Below, one piece after another: positions 11,270-24,310 of a stretch of DNA of 61,597 nt; the first letter of the stretch is position 1, and each line of letters opens with the position of its first letter. The stretch is from Octopus bimaculoides. Taxonomy: Eukaryota. The stretch lies in the NCBI RefSeq assembly GCF_001194135.2, contig NC_068985.1, forward strand, positions 4,505,070-4,566,666. The letters run 5' to 3'. A program made the position numbers and the translations under genes. Below the pieces are notes generated by a model. It saw nothing but the letters and a program-made list of their open reading frames with translations. It made no database searches and was not told where the DNA came from.

Positions 11270-11570
11270 GACTTTTGTTCCTCTTCGATGTTTTCAAAAT
11301 TCTCTGGCGTTCTTCGTATCCTCTCCGCGCTCTCACCGTCGACACACTCCTACTAACACTTTCTATCTCTCCCTCTCCCTCCTCCTTCCGTACCTTATTA
11401 CCACGTCCTTCTCCCTCCTTCTCTTTGATTCAAACTCTGATCAAAATTTATTTCTCTTTCAACGTCAATTACTATTGCCTTTGTTTTCAACAGAACACTT
11501 CTTTCGTCGCGAAACCTTTGAATTCTCCCATTCTCCAACAACGTGGAATATATTCCTGCGTTTGAATTCT
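11270..11570 (+). mobile_element. Highly decayed Penelope-like RT fragment
   Basis: LFDV...LIQTLIKIYFSFNVNYY resembles PLE RT motifs (LFTMDV; LVLTLNYFSFN..YY.Q) as I recall them. Confidence 0.45.
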
Positions 11571-11835
11571 TTTTATTTCTATTTCCCTACACAGAAAAAT
11601 CAGTAAAAAACTTCCACTAAATCCTACTCTTTGACTACATTTTTTCCTTCTTTTTTTTTTTTTTTTCATGTACGATACCAGAAGTAGAAGTTGCCGATTT
11701 AAGGGTGATTTCCTAAAGAATATTACTTCCAATATATTGTTTCTTCCCTCTCTTGAATCATTTGTCTTTAAATATTAATTTCAAGAAAAACAAATTTCTC
11801 TCTTCTGTAATGGCAAGAATACCGAACATATTGCA

Positions 11836-12368
11836 CGAGGTCAGATCATAAAGTATCGGGAGAGGTGCTATAAAACGACAACTATTCGGCATTTAATCTA
11901 TTTAAACTATCAATTCGGCATTTAATCTCCTTCGAAGTAATCTCTTTCTGAAACTACAGACTTTATTCAGCGTCGTTTCCATGGATGGAAGCATTCATGG
12001 AACTCCTTTTGGTTTATTGAGTAGCTTCCACGTCGCATTCTCTTAGATTTGCTCAACGTTTTGAAATTTTGTTGGGGTATTTCCATTGCAAAGACTGAGC
12101 CTTGGTTTTGGGGTCGTAGCCATAGACCCATGCTTCGTCATCTGTCACGGCCGTTTTCAAAACCTTTCGTATGCCTCGACACAATCAAGAAGATTCTGCG
12201 CAACTGAAACCTGGTCATCTACACATTTTACTTGCAAACATTGTTATAAACAACGGAAGTGAGTGAGAACTTTGTAACTTGGTGTGCATTTGTGCCTAGC
12301 GGCTTCACTCTGCGTGCTTTAGCTCTGTTACCATGGCAACACTCCCGATATTTTTTGATCAGACTTCG
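11836..12368 (-). mobile_element. Internally deleted mariner
   Basis: About 28-bp TIRs (CGAGGTCAGATCATAAAGTATCGGGA and TCCCGATATTTTTTGATCAGACTTCG); minus strand encodes VTDDEAWVYGYDPKT from the catalytic domain. Confidence 0.8.
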
Positions 12369-12706
12369 TACACAACAGAAATATATGCAAACGTAATAAC
12401 CACCACGAGAAGAATCGATACACAATCAAATACTTTATTAAGGGAACGTGCGGGAAGAGTTCCAATTTAAGCGAGAGGATTGTTGTTAGGATAGGAGTGG
12501 GGTTCATGGAAGCAAGGGAAGCAAAGCTTCCCTTAAAAATTATAGAAACAATTGAAACTATATCATTTATTTTTCATAAGATCGTTCTTCTAATGTTCTG
12601 TAAATGTTCTGTAATGTTCTTTTACAGATCGTTCTTCTAATGTTCTGTAAAATTAATATAAACCACATGACATCATAGGCTTTTATTGTTGGAATTAGCA
12701 TGAGAT

Positions 12707-12778
12707 GACAAGCAGTGGCAGACGACAAGCAGTGGCAGACGACAAGCAGTGGCAGACGACAAGCAGTGACAGACGACA
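12707..12778 (+). repeat. 17-bp minisatellite GACAAGCAGTGGCAGAC x4
   Basis: Direct inspection. Confidence 0.95.
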
Positions 12779-12837
12779 CAAAACAATCTGTGCAAGGGAA
12801 GCATCAGGAGCTGTTGCATCCTTTTCGATGTAATATT

Positions 12838-13236
12838 TTACTCTTTTACTTGTTTCAGTCATTTGACTGCGGCTATGCTGGAGCACCGCCTTTAGTAGAG
12901 CAAATCAACCCCAGGACTTATTCTTTGTAAGCCTAGTTCTTATTCTATCGGTCTCTTTTTCCGAACCGCTAAGTTACGGGGACGTAAACACACCAGCATC
13001 GGTTGTCAAGCGATGTTGGGGGGACAAACACAGACACACAAACATACATATATATATATATACATATATACGACGGGCTTCTTTCAGTTTCCGTCTACCA
13101 AATCCACTCACAAGGCTTTGGTCGGCCCGAGGTTATAGTAGAAGACAGTTGCCCAAGGTACCACGCAGTGGGACTAAACCCGGAACCATGTGGTTCGTAA
13201 GCAAGCTACTTACCACACAGCCACACCTGCGCCTAT
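12838..13236 (-). mobile_element. SINE family A, full length, CpG-rich
   Basis: Near-consensus head and tail. Confidence 0.9.
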
Positions 13237-13784
13237 TTTAACATTTTTTCCGATAAAAATGCCACAAAGACAATTTTTTTCTAGTAGGAGCTGATAACGA
13301 ATAGTTTTAGATGCTAATAAATACTTATACGTTACATAGGAAAAGGAAAGCAAGTTGACATTCTGCTTCTATCAGAAAAACGGTGAAAAGTTAACGCGTG
13401 TAGTTTTCTGCGTTTATTCAACTAATATTTTCTACTTTTTTGTCAAATTACAGAACACCCTTAATATAAAATGTGATTTTATTTTTAATTTTAAAAATAG
13501 CTGTATAATATAAACATGTCAATTTCATTCAAATGTCTATAAGACAGAAAATTCTGGTCGTTGCTTCTCCAGCCAGAAAGATCACCCCACGCCCTTGGTT
13601 GTTAGTCACCACCTCGCTCTCTTTACAAATACTTCCACCTTTTGTCCCACAATTCGGAATGTGGCCAAGGACTTCATTTAACTTTCTTCCTTTGAAATTT
13701 ATACAGCCATCTTTTTACGACAAACAAGCGATCATTGCGTGATTGCTGTAAATGAATGTTATTCATTTCCAATATTCTGCGAGG

Positions 13785-14190
13785 ACAAAGGTGTCTGGCT
13801 GACAGAATCCTTAGCACGCCGGGAAAAATTCCTAACGGCATTTAGTCGGTCTTTACGATCTGAGCTCAAATTCCACCCAGGTCGACTTTGCCCTCCGTCC
13901 TTTCGAGGTCGATATAACAAATAATAGTTGAACACTGGGATCGGTGCATTCGACTTAACCGTCCTCGAAATTGCTGGCATTGTGCCAAAATTTAAAACCA
14001 ATATTTTGCGAGAACATGTCTGGTCTTGAGGAACTATTACCTTGCTTGGGAAAGAGATTTGGGTTGGCGACATAAAGGGCATCCGGCCACAGAAAAATCT
14101 GATTCAGTAAACTCGTTCCGACCCAAGTAAACATAGAAAATAGAACATTAAAACTATGACGATGATGATGATGATGATGATGATGATGCA
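13785..14190 (+). mobile_element. Composite SINE: family B head plus GGGCATCC block plus (GAT)n tail
   Basis: B-type head 13785-13990; GGTTGGCGACATAAAGGGCATCCGG at about 14062-14087; GAT repeat. Confidence 0.65.
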
Positions 14191-14374
14191 AACCAAAATG
14201 AACACAAGAAAATAACTTAGACTGGTCATTAGCATGTATTTGAAGAACATAGAGAAATATTGCTATATCAAATACCATACAATATAAATTCTTAATTTAT
14301 CAAAATTATCTTCGCCTCTAGAGTTTGTGTCATAATTACCAAATCTGCAATTTAAGATCCACTCCACATGAGAA

Positions 14375-14772
14375 TGGGAGTGGTAAGTAGCTTGCTTACC
14401 ATCCACATGGTTCCGGGTTCAGTCCCACTGCATGTCACCTTCGGCAAGTATCTTCTACTATAGCCTCGGCGCGACCAAAGCCTTGTGAGTGGATTTGATA
14501 GACGGAAACTGAAAGAAGCCTATCGTATATATACACATGTACGTATATGTTTGTGTTTCTGTGTTGGTTCCCGCCCCCACCCCCACCCCACGACATTGCT
14601 TGACAACTGATGCTGGTATGTTCACGTCCCCCGTAATTTAGCGGTTCGGCAAAAGAGATCGATAGAATAAGTACTAGGCTTGCAAAGAATAAGTCCTGGG
14701 GTTGATTTGTTCGACTAAAAGGCGGTGCTCCAGCATGGCCAAAGTCAAATGACTGAAACAGGTAAAAAAATA
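14375..14772 (+). mobile_element. SINE family A, full length
   Basis: Head, CORE block and tail. Confidence 0.9.
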
Positions 14773-14969
14773 AAAGAATGCATTTACATATATGCCCATA
14801 CATACATACATACATACATACATACATACATACATACATACATACATACACATATACAAGCATAAATAATACTTTTCTATATACATACATGGTGGCTCTT
14901 AGACGAATATGGCCACCAGTAGCACCAACACTGCATTGCCACCATCGGTAGTTTAAGCACTCATATTCC

Positions 14970-15120
14970 CTACGTTCTGAGCTCAAATTCCGCCGAGGTC
15001 GACTTTGCTTTTCATCCTTTTGGTGCGGTTAAATTAAGTAACAGTTGCGTACTGGGTCGATCTAATCGACTGGCCCCCTCCCCAAAAATTTCGGGCCATG
15101 TGCCTAGAGGAGAAAAGATA
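14970..15120 (+). mobile_element. SINE family B, 5'-truncated
   Basis: GAGCTCAAATTCCGCCGAGGTCGAC core. Confidence 0.85.
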
Positions 15121-15239
15121 ATGGTGTCATCAGCGTGACAATTGTCCAACCTTATCTCCGGTAGTCAAGGGATTTAGACTTATACAAAGAGGGTAGAACA
15201 GGTTTACGGCTTAAGAGAGGCAAAGCGTAGAACTCAATA

Positions 15240-15396
15240 CGTTGTGTGGTAAGAGGTTTGCTTCCCAACTACATGGTTTCGGGTTCAGTCCCACTGCATG
15301 ACACCTTGCCTTGGTAAGTGTCTTCTACAATAGCCTCGGGCCGACCGAAGCCTTGTGAGTGGATTTGGTAGGTGGAAACTGAAAGAAGTTTGTTGT

Positions 15397-15459
<63 letters not shown>

Positions 15460-15690
15460 TGTGTGTGTGCGTCTGTGCGTGCGTGTATGTGTATCCCACG
15501 ACCTCTTGACAACCGGTATCGGTGTGTTTACGTCATCGTGCTTTGAGGATCGGCAGAGGAGAGATTGAATAAGTAACAGGCTTTAGAAAAATAAGTATTT
15601 GAACCGATTCACTAGACTAAAAGATCCTTCAAGCCGGTACTCCAGCATGGCCGCAGATTAATGTCTGAACTATGTAAAAGATAAAAGAAC
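15240..15690 (+). mobile_element. SINE family A with (TG)n centre
   Basis: Head, microsatellite and tail. Confidence 0.85.
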
Positions 15691-16454
15691 TGATCGGCTG
15701 AAAAAGCCACAACTCCGACTTCCGTGTCGTCGTTTTTCAGCTGACAACCGGACCCTGTTTGTCTCTGAAATCATCGAATGTTTGAATATATTTTAAGATA
15801 TACGAAAGCTATTGACAAACGCTTATCTCAGTGTTCTTTATGGCGTCATGAAGAGATATCTTATAAAACCAAAAAAATCTGTTGCAATTCAGACACCTTT
15901 ATTAGTTCATTGTTGATATTGATTTCAACTTTAGCGTTATATACTTCTGACTTTGCCAAATAATTACCATCATTCTTATGATGTGGAAAATATTCCATCG
16001 ACATTGCCCAAATGATGTTGGCATCAGCTCTAATATTCACCCAGGGCTTGGTCGTCTGCCATACGTCCTCAGCAAAAATCGTTCCTGCGTCACATCACAA
16101 CACTAACACAGATATATGTCACCTCAACTAGCCCTGCCCTCTTTGAGATCATAACCTAGACGAATAAGGAAAGGAAAATATCTCATTACATTCAGACCTT
16201 TCCCGGGTAAATTCTTTCAACAAATTCTAGGTCAACCACCTTCACTCGGATATATCTCTGCAAACAATAACACTTTACTTGAATGAGTTACAGTACCCAG
16301 AATACGACTGCAGCATAAGACATCGTAAAATGTTTTCGCTAAGTCTCGCTATTAAGTTTCACATGGCCCACTGCCAATTCTGGCCGAAACATGTCTATTT
16401 TATCAATATCTGCTTCATTCAGTCGCAGTTTTATGTTTCACTACAATAGTAATC

Positions 16455-16670
16455 TTTTATCGTTTACTTGTTTCAGTTATTAGACTGAGGCCATACTGAA
16501 GCACCGCCTTCAAGAATTTTGTAGTCAAATGAATCGATTCCAATACTTTTTTAAGCCTGGTACTTATTCTATCGGTCCTTTTTACCGATCCTCTAAGTCA
16601 CGAGGACATAGATACACCAACACCAGTTGTCAAATGGTGGTGACGTAACAAACACAGATACAAAGACACA
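16455..16670 (-). mobile_element. SINE family A tail
   Basis: Tail blocks leading into a (CATA)/(TA) run and a gap. Confidence 0.8.
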
Positions 16671-18322
16671 CGTACGCACATACACACATACGTACATATA
16701 TACATACATATATACATACATATATATATATNNNNNNNNNNNNNNNNNNNNNNNNNNNNNNNNNNNNNNNNNNNNNNNNNNNNNNNNNNNNNNNNNNNNN
16801 NNNNNNNNNNNNNNNNNNNNNNNNNNNNNNNNNNNNNNNNNNNNNNNNNNNNNNNNNNNNNNNNNNNNNNNNNNNNNNNNNNNNNNNNNNNNNNNNNNNN
16901 NNNNNNNNNNNNNNNNNNNNNNNNNNNNNNNNNNNNNNNNNNNNNNNNNNNNNNNNNNNNNNNNNNNNNNNNNNNNNNNNNNNNNNNNNNNNNNNNNNNN
17001 NNNNNNNNNNNNNNNNNNNNNNNNNNNNNNNNNNNNNNNNNNNNNNNNNNNNNNNNNNNNNNNNNNNNNNNNNNNNNNNNNNNNNNNNNNNNNNNNNNNN
17101 NNNNNNNNNNNNNNNNNNNNNNNNNNNNNNNNNNNNNNNNNNNNNNNNNNNNNNNNNNNNNNNNNNNNNNNNNNNNNNNNNNNNNNNNNNNNNNNNNNNN
17201 NNNNNNNNNNNNNNNNNNNNNNNNNNNNNNNNNNNNNNNNNNNNNNNNNNNNNNNNNNNNNNNNNNNNNNNNNNNNNNNNNNNNNNNNNNNNNNNNNNNN
17301 NNNNNNNNNNNNNNNNNNNNNNNNNNNNNNNNNNNNNNNNNNNNNNNNNNNNNNNNNNNNNNNNNNNNNNNNNNNNNNNNNNNNNNNNNNNNNNNNNNNN
17401 NNNNNNNNNNNNNNNNNNNNNNNNNNNNNNNNNNNNNNNNNNNNNNNNNNNNNNNNNNNNNNNNNNNNNNNNNNNNNNNNNNNNNNNNNNNNNNNNNNNN
17501 NNNNNNNNNNNNNNNNNNNNNNNNNNNNNNNNNNNNNNNNNNNNNNNNNNNNNNNNNNNNNNNNNNNNNNNNNNNNNNNNNNNNNNNNNNNNNNNNNNNN
17601 NNNNNNNNNNNNNNNNNNNNNNNNNNNNNNNNNNNNNNNNNNNNNNNNNNNNNNNNNNNNNNNNNNNNNNNNTATCTATCTATCTATCTATCAATCTATC
17701 TATCTATCTATCTATCTCTATCTCTCTCATTAATGATAATGATTTAATTCGCTATTTGCAAAACCCACAGTTTATTCTATATACGTAATGTAAAAACATT
17801 ATTTATTGAATAAATGAATGAATGCTATTAGACAAAATAGCTGCATTACACTAAGGCTTATGATAATATCAGTTTCCAGAGGTTGTTAAATGAATATTTT
17901 TTTTAAAAATGAAAATTTCTTAATATACCGGTATAATCTTTTTTTTATATAAGTTAAGAAGTGATTTTGTTGGTATGGCTGTTTGGAACGCTATAAGCCT
18001 TACAATAATAACTATATGATCGCTGTTATTTCTAGCCCGCTAAACGTAGTTGGGTTACCTTGAAGTATAGAAATATATTACAACTAGATATATATAACTG
18101 ATATATTACATATATATTAGAGTTATATTACAACTACGATAAATTACTAAAAGAAATATTTACTAAGCGAGTGGTATTTTTTATAGATTGAAGTTTTCAG
18201 GGAGATTTCCTTTCTGAACTTCCTTTTATTATTGAATATTTCAAGTTCACTAATTCAAATATTCGGTACAAGAATTTTTCATTTCATGTTTATTTCATTC
18301 ATTGTTTGTAACGTTCTCTCCC

Positions 18323-18410
<88 letters not shown>

Positions 18411-18734
18411 CTCTCTTATATAAATACACACTCCAGGTTTGATTTTGTTATTACACAAATATCACATTAGAATTTTGAAATTCAACATGGGCGTCCAAAA
18501 GAATATGCGACTGAAAATATCAAAGTGAAAATATTATCAAGTGGCTAGCAGAAAAACGGGGCCCTGAGGTATGTAACATATCCCAGGGCCCCAATAATAA
18601 CAGGTATAAACCTGAACTTGTAATCTGAATAGAGTAACTGCAGATTTCTCAATAGTTCCATATGTGCGTGCGCATGTATGCGTGTATGATGCTAAGACAA
18701 TTCTTCGCCAATATCTAAGTCTCAATATCATCCC

Positions 18735-18870
18735 GCAGCCGAGGTCGACTTTGCCTTTCATCCTTTCGGGGTCGATAAATTAAGTACTAGTTGCGTACTG
18801 GGGTCGATCCAATCGACTGGCCCCCTCTTCAAATGTTTCGGACTTTGTGCCTAGCGTAGAAAATATCATC
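18735..18870 (+). mobile_element. SINE family B fragment
   Basis: GAGGTCGACTTTGCCTTTCATCC core. Confidence 0.85.
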
Positions 18871-19089
18871 ACACAGTTTATATTTCCTTTTACCTCAATT
18901 CAAACGGCGAAAATGAAGAAGTTAACTGCTTCTCTCCTAACAAAAGGAATAAGTGTTGATTGGTAACTGCGAATTCTTCTTTGGCTGGGTTAAACTGTGT
19001 AAAATATGAGACATGAATGCATCCCAGAAACCATTTCCAGAGATATAGCAGAGATAAGAATGCAGAAGAATAACTCGTATGTCAATATA

Positions 19090-20435
19090 TCCGGTCGTCA
19101 AGTATGAAATTTGTAGTAAGGTGTATGGTAAAATTTGACAGCTGCTCATTTTGCGCCACTACTATATTTTGACAATCTTTATTTTTTGTTAGAAAGCTGA
19201 CACATCTATTCCTTTATTCTAATTCATTTTACGCTTTATAAATATTTATAAATCGTTTTTTGCTATTTTTGTTTAGAGACGTTTAAGTCGGAAATTCGTA
19301 CAGTTTTGAAATATGAGTTCTTTCTTGGAAATACAGCATCACAGACAGCTCGGAATATTAACGGAGTATTTCATTCTAATGTTGTTACACAGCAGAAAGT
19401 ATCAAATNNNNNNNNNNTATTAACGGAGTATTTCATTCTAATGTTGTTACACAGCAGAAAGTATCAAATTGGTTTGCAAAATTTCGTTCTGGTAACTTTG
19501 ACCTCACAAATGAGCAACGTGGTCGACCAGAAACAAAGGTGAATAATGACGAACAGAAAGCCACCGTCGAGTCAGATCCACTTCAAAGTGTCTATGAATT
19601 ATCGTTGTTGTTTGGTGTTAGCAAGCAAACAATATTGACTCATCTCGTTCAGATCGGTTAAAGTGAAAATGTTGGATAAGTAGGTTCCACATGAACTCAA
19701 TGAAAATCTGAAACAGTAACGTTTGGAAACCTGTACTATGCTACTTTCTCGTCACAAAAATGAATCATTTTTGAATCGAATTGTAACATGTGATGAGAAA
19801 CGAATCCAATACAACAATCGTAAACGTTCAGCACAATGGCTGGACAAAGACGAGCCACCAAAACACAGTCTAAAAAAACAAAATTCATGAAAAGAAGCTG
19901 ATGGTGTGTGTTTGGCGGTCTGGCGCAGGTGTGATCCATTATTTCCTTAAACCTGGCTCATCAATCACGGCCGAAGTTTACTGCAGCCAATTGGACCAAA
20001 TGATGCAGAAACTTACAAAAACAGCCTAGATTAGTCAACAGATCCATTCCTATTTTCATGCAAGACAATGCCAAACCACACATCGCAAAAATGACATTGG
20101 CGAAATTACAGGAGTTGGAGCTGGAAGTTCTCCATCATCCACCATACTCGCCTGATCTTGCCCCCACTGACTACCACTTCTTTTAGAATTTGGATAACTT
20201 TTTGATAGGCAAAATATTTAATTCCGACGATGCTGTAAAACAGGTCTTCCAAGATTTTATTGACCCTAGATTGCCAGGCTTTTACAGTTCCGGGATGGAC
20301 AAGCTACCGCTGAAATGGCGAAAGTGTATTGACAATATAGGTGCATACTTTGATGAATAAAACTATTCTTTGTATTTATAAAACATTAGCAAACTTTTTT
20401 TTTCTTTTCTACAAATTCCATACTTGACGACCTAA
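19090..20435 (+). mobile_element. Near full-length mariner (DD34D) transposon with inactivated transposase at about 19275-20360
   Basis: TIRs (GGTCGTCAAGTATGAAATTTGTAG and CTACAAATTCCATACTTGACGACC), TA flanks; peptides IVTCDEK, QDNAKPH, HPPYSPDLAPTDYHFF, WVPHEL-like; several stops and frameshifts. Confidence 0.95.
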
Positions 20436-21274
20436 TATTTCTGTTACGTAGAATGTGTTTATCACAACCAAACAGCAAAATTTTTATTCAGATTGAAGAC
20501 ATCAACAATAAGAAGAAATATAATGCTATCAACACACGTCTTAAAAACGTGATACTCACTTACGAATTTCATTAAAAAATATTCTTTCAACCCGTTGTTC
20601 ATAATCAAAAATTCTAATATTTCATTATTTTGTTTGTCCTTATTTTTTTTTTTTTTTGCCGTGTTCGTTTAAGATGAACGAAGTTTTGTAAATAAATAAA
20701 TTTTCGTTTTGATTTATTATTTAAGAAGACATATTCTATTTGTGTCGCTTTTGTTGTTATATGTCATCTCTTGTGCACGTGATAAATTTTAAAATATTTC
20801 TAATAAAAATAGTATTCTCTAATAAATAAATTTTAGTTTTANNNNNNNNNNNNNNNNNNNNNNNNNNNNNNNNNNNNNNNNNNNNNNNNNNNNNNNNNNN
20901 NNNNNNNNNNNNNNNNNNNNNNNNNNNNNNNNNNNNNNNNNNNNNNNNNNNNNNNNNNNNNNNNNNNNNNNNNNNNNNNNNNNNNNNNNNNNNNNNNNNN
21001 NNNNNNNNNNNNNNNNNNNNNNNNNNNNNNNNNNNNNNNNNNNNNNNNNNNNNNNNNNNNNNNNNNNNNNNNNNNNNNNNNNNNNNNNNNNNNNNNNNNN
21101 NNNNNNNNNNNNNNNNNNNNNNNNNNNNNNNNNNNNNNNNNNNNNNNNNNNNNNNNNNNNNNNNNNNNNNNNNNNNNNNNNNNNNNNNNNNNNNNNNNNN
21201 NNNNNNNNNNNNNNNNNNNNNNNNNNNNNNNNNNNNNNNNNNNNNNNNNNNNNNNNNNNNNNNNNNNNNNNNNN

Positions 21275-21359
<85 letters not shown>

Positions 21360-22326
21360 GTAGATAAATATATATAGATATATTTATCCGCAGATAAAGA
21401 TGAACATCGATATAGAAAGATACGTTTAATGTCTGTTTTCCTTAATAAAAGATCGTTCAATACATTTTAGTGTAAGCAGATGATGTTTTTGTCACATGAC
21501 CTGACTAACTCCATCTTATATTTCTTCCTATGCGAACGTACCGGAGGGCACAAGGTTTCATTATGATGTCAGCTAAAAGTAGTCACAATGCTAAGGGTTT
21601 TTTGTGGTTTTTTTTTTTCTTTTTTCTTTGCTACCAAGCGTTTATTTTGCATGTGTGGGCCGAGTGTCCAGCATAAAAATACTCGTTCTTGCTCGAAAGA
21701 TCAGTTGTGGTCAAGAAACAGGAATGGCAGACAAGGAGTTGTATGCTGTTGAAGAGTTACAGATTAAAAGTCATTGAAATTAGGGGCCAATTTGAAGGAA
21801 GGATGGGTGGGCATCTTTGTAGAATATGGGAGAAGTGATACGGTCTAAGAGAAAACATGTTGGAGTGATAAAGTATTTAGTGAAAGATGAGAGAGAAGGG
21901 AAAATGGTTAAGGGTGAACTGTGCCTTGTTTGAGGGTGGTGATGCGATCAACATTCGGTGCATGGGGTGGACATGGTTAACAATAATCTGGGAGTAACCA
22001 CGACACACAAAATAAAGGGCCATCAGGAGAGGAGAGTGAGTCAGGTGTCAATGTTGCTGTAATCAGCCAGGGTCCAGCAGACCTTTTGTTAAAATTGCCA
22101 ACAACCTACAAATAATTTTCCAGATACACTGGGTTGTTTCTAGGACTGCATTATTTAAAGTGTCCTTCCCTTTCTTTAGGACATGAGTAAGATTTGATGA
22201 GTATTTGGGCGCTATTTCTAGCAGCTTAAGTAATGGTGTAGAGGCTCACTTATGGTGCACTCAGAGTTTAACAGTCTGATCATTCTGGGAATGAAAAATT
22301 TGACTGAATTAGAGAAAAGCCCTTCC

Positions 22327-22369
<43 letters not shown>

Positions 22370-22414
22370 NNNNNNNNNNNGAAAAATTTGACTGAATTAG
22401 AGAAAAGCCCTTCC

Positions 22415-22458
<44 letters not shown>

Positions 22459-22496
22459 TGTGTGTGTGTGTGTGTCTGTGTGTGTGTGTGTGTCCT

Positions 22497-22655
22497 CTTA
22501 ACGTAGCGGTTCGGCAGAAAGAGAAGAATAGATAAATAATCAAACTTTAAAACTTAAATATTGAGGTCGATCTATTCGACTAATCCCTTCAAGGCGGTGC
22601 CCCAGCATGGCCACAGTTCAATGACTGAAATAAGTAAAAGATAAAAAGATAAAAA
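22497..22655 (+). mobile_element. SINE family A tail fragment
   Basis: CCCAGCATGGCCACAG...ATGACTGAAA. Confidence 0.75.
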
Positions 22656-22994
22656 ATCGTAACTTCCTTTATAAGACATATCAAGCCCCTATTTGAAAAA
22701 ATGCGTTCAATTGCGAAGCAGACGACAGAGATTCCGAGGTACAATGGAGCATCGATTTATTCCTTTGGAGTTTTGCAAAGAGACTTGCATGGCACGAAAT
22801 ATAAACACAGCAATTGTGTGAGAGATTATTAAGACAATCCATCAAAGTATTATCACTGAAAGATGAATAGAAAAAAGGTTGACCTCCGTAGCAACACTAT
22901 AAGTAGTTTTCGCATCATGGTAAAATTGGGGTAAGACTGAGCTTCTTCAAGTTTTTATCCTACTTCTCTCCCTTTTCTCCCCTTTTGCGATTCA

Positions 22995-23370
22995 AGACGA
23001 TGCAGTTATTGTTAAGTATTGACGACGAGGGTTCCAGTTGATCCGATCAACGGAACAGCCTGCTCGTGAAATTAACGTGCAAGTGGTTGAGCACTCCACA
23101 GACACGTGTATCTCGAGCAGATTCAGCGTGACACAGAGTGTGACAAGGCTGACCCCTTTGAAATACAGGTACAACAGAAACAGGAAGAAAGAGTGAGAGA
23201 AAGCTGTGGTGAAAGAATACAGCAGGGTTCGCCACCACCCTCTGCCGGAGCCTCGTTGAGCTTTAGGTGTTTTCGCTCAATAAACACTCACAACACCCGG
23301 TATGGGAATCGAAACCGCGATCCTACGACCGCGAGTCCGCTGCCTTAACCACTGGGCCATTGCGCCTCCA
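22995..23370 (-). mobile_element. tRNA-derived SINE family C
   Basis: Minus head TGGAGGCGCAATGGCCCAGTGGTTAAGG...GGTTTCGATTCC with A and B boxes, followed by about 300 bp of non-tRNA body. Confidence 0.8.
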
Positions 23371-23429
23371 AGGTATCTATCTAAACAAGTGTTTGTCCAT
23401 CCTTGTAAAGCTTCCTATCGTTATTCTTT

Positions 23430-24050
23430 ACAAGGGCGGACGGCAGGCTGTCAGAATAGCTAGAACGTCGGGAAAATGCTTTGTGCTATGTCTTCCAGCT
23501 CTTTGCGTTCTGAGTCCACCAGGGGTCCGTACTGGGCCCATTACTGTTCTTTATCTATATAAATGATATGTGCTAATTCTACTAATTTATTAAATTTTCT
23601 ATATTTCGCTGATGACTCTACTATTTTTATTAGTCCCTAGGACCTACCCCTCCCTATTCAATACAGTTAATTCAGAACTGCACAAGATTTATCAATGGGT
23701 TATCGGTAATCAGCTTACCCTTAATATAACAAAAATGACCTGCTACATGCTTTTCTCCACAAAGCCCAAACAGCTTCTTCCAACTGTCCTCATTGCAGGT
23801 AAAATAATATCACAGGTAACATCAACAAAATTCCTCGGCATTCATATTGTTTCAAAACACATATAAGAAATTTATTAATACAAAATTCCCATACTCTTGG
23901 TATGTTAAATAGACTTTCTTACCTTCTTCCCGAAAATGTTAGAATCATTCTTTATTATTCTTTAATATACTAAAAATTCTCTTACTGTGTTGCTGCCTGG
24001 GGAAATTTCAAAGTTCACTTCCTCAACAATGCCGTTCATAAATCATGGAA
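23430..24050 (+). mobile_element. SINE B head (23430-23515) adjoining an L2/CR1-group LINE RT fragment
   Basis: QGSVLGPLLFFIYIND, FADDSTIF and NQLTLNITK RT motifs, frameshifted. Confidence 0.85.
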
Positions 24051-24129
24051 GACTCTCAAAATAAACAATCCTCAATCAAAATTACTTTCATTTCACGACG
24101 TTTGGACGTTTTTGAACTTTCTGATTTTT

Positions 24130-24310
24130 CCTATTGCTGTTTTTCTTACTCGGTTTTCTCTTCTCGTGTTCCTTTCTGCTGAAGAGCGTAGACTCGAAAC
24201 GTAAAAGACATTCTCACCTTCCCGAGCATTAAACTAATACACCTGTTTGTTGTTTATACACCTGTCTTCGTCTTTTGTTTTTTTGTTTTTTTGTAAATTC
24301 CAACTATACA
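24130..24310 (+). mobile_element. Penelope-like terminal fragment with degenerate hammerhead
   Basis: CTTT-CTGCTGA-A-GAG-cgtaga-CTC-GAAAC-GTA-AAAG at 24172-24207. Confidence 0.65.

Noticed and set aside
19356-19469. 52-bp direct repeat inside the mariner
   Set aside because: Identical copies on both sides of a 10-N gap; unmerged contig overlap
21800-22100. Purine-rich block as an L2-type LINE relic
   Set aside because: Motif similarity too faint to support a call
22293-22460. Duplicated GAAAAATTTGACTG...(TG)n block
   Set aside because: Flanks an 11-N gap; assembly overlap artefact
23295-23370. tRNA gene on the minus strand
   Set aside because: A and B boxes present but no clean cloverleaf, and it continues into a SINE body
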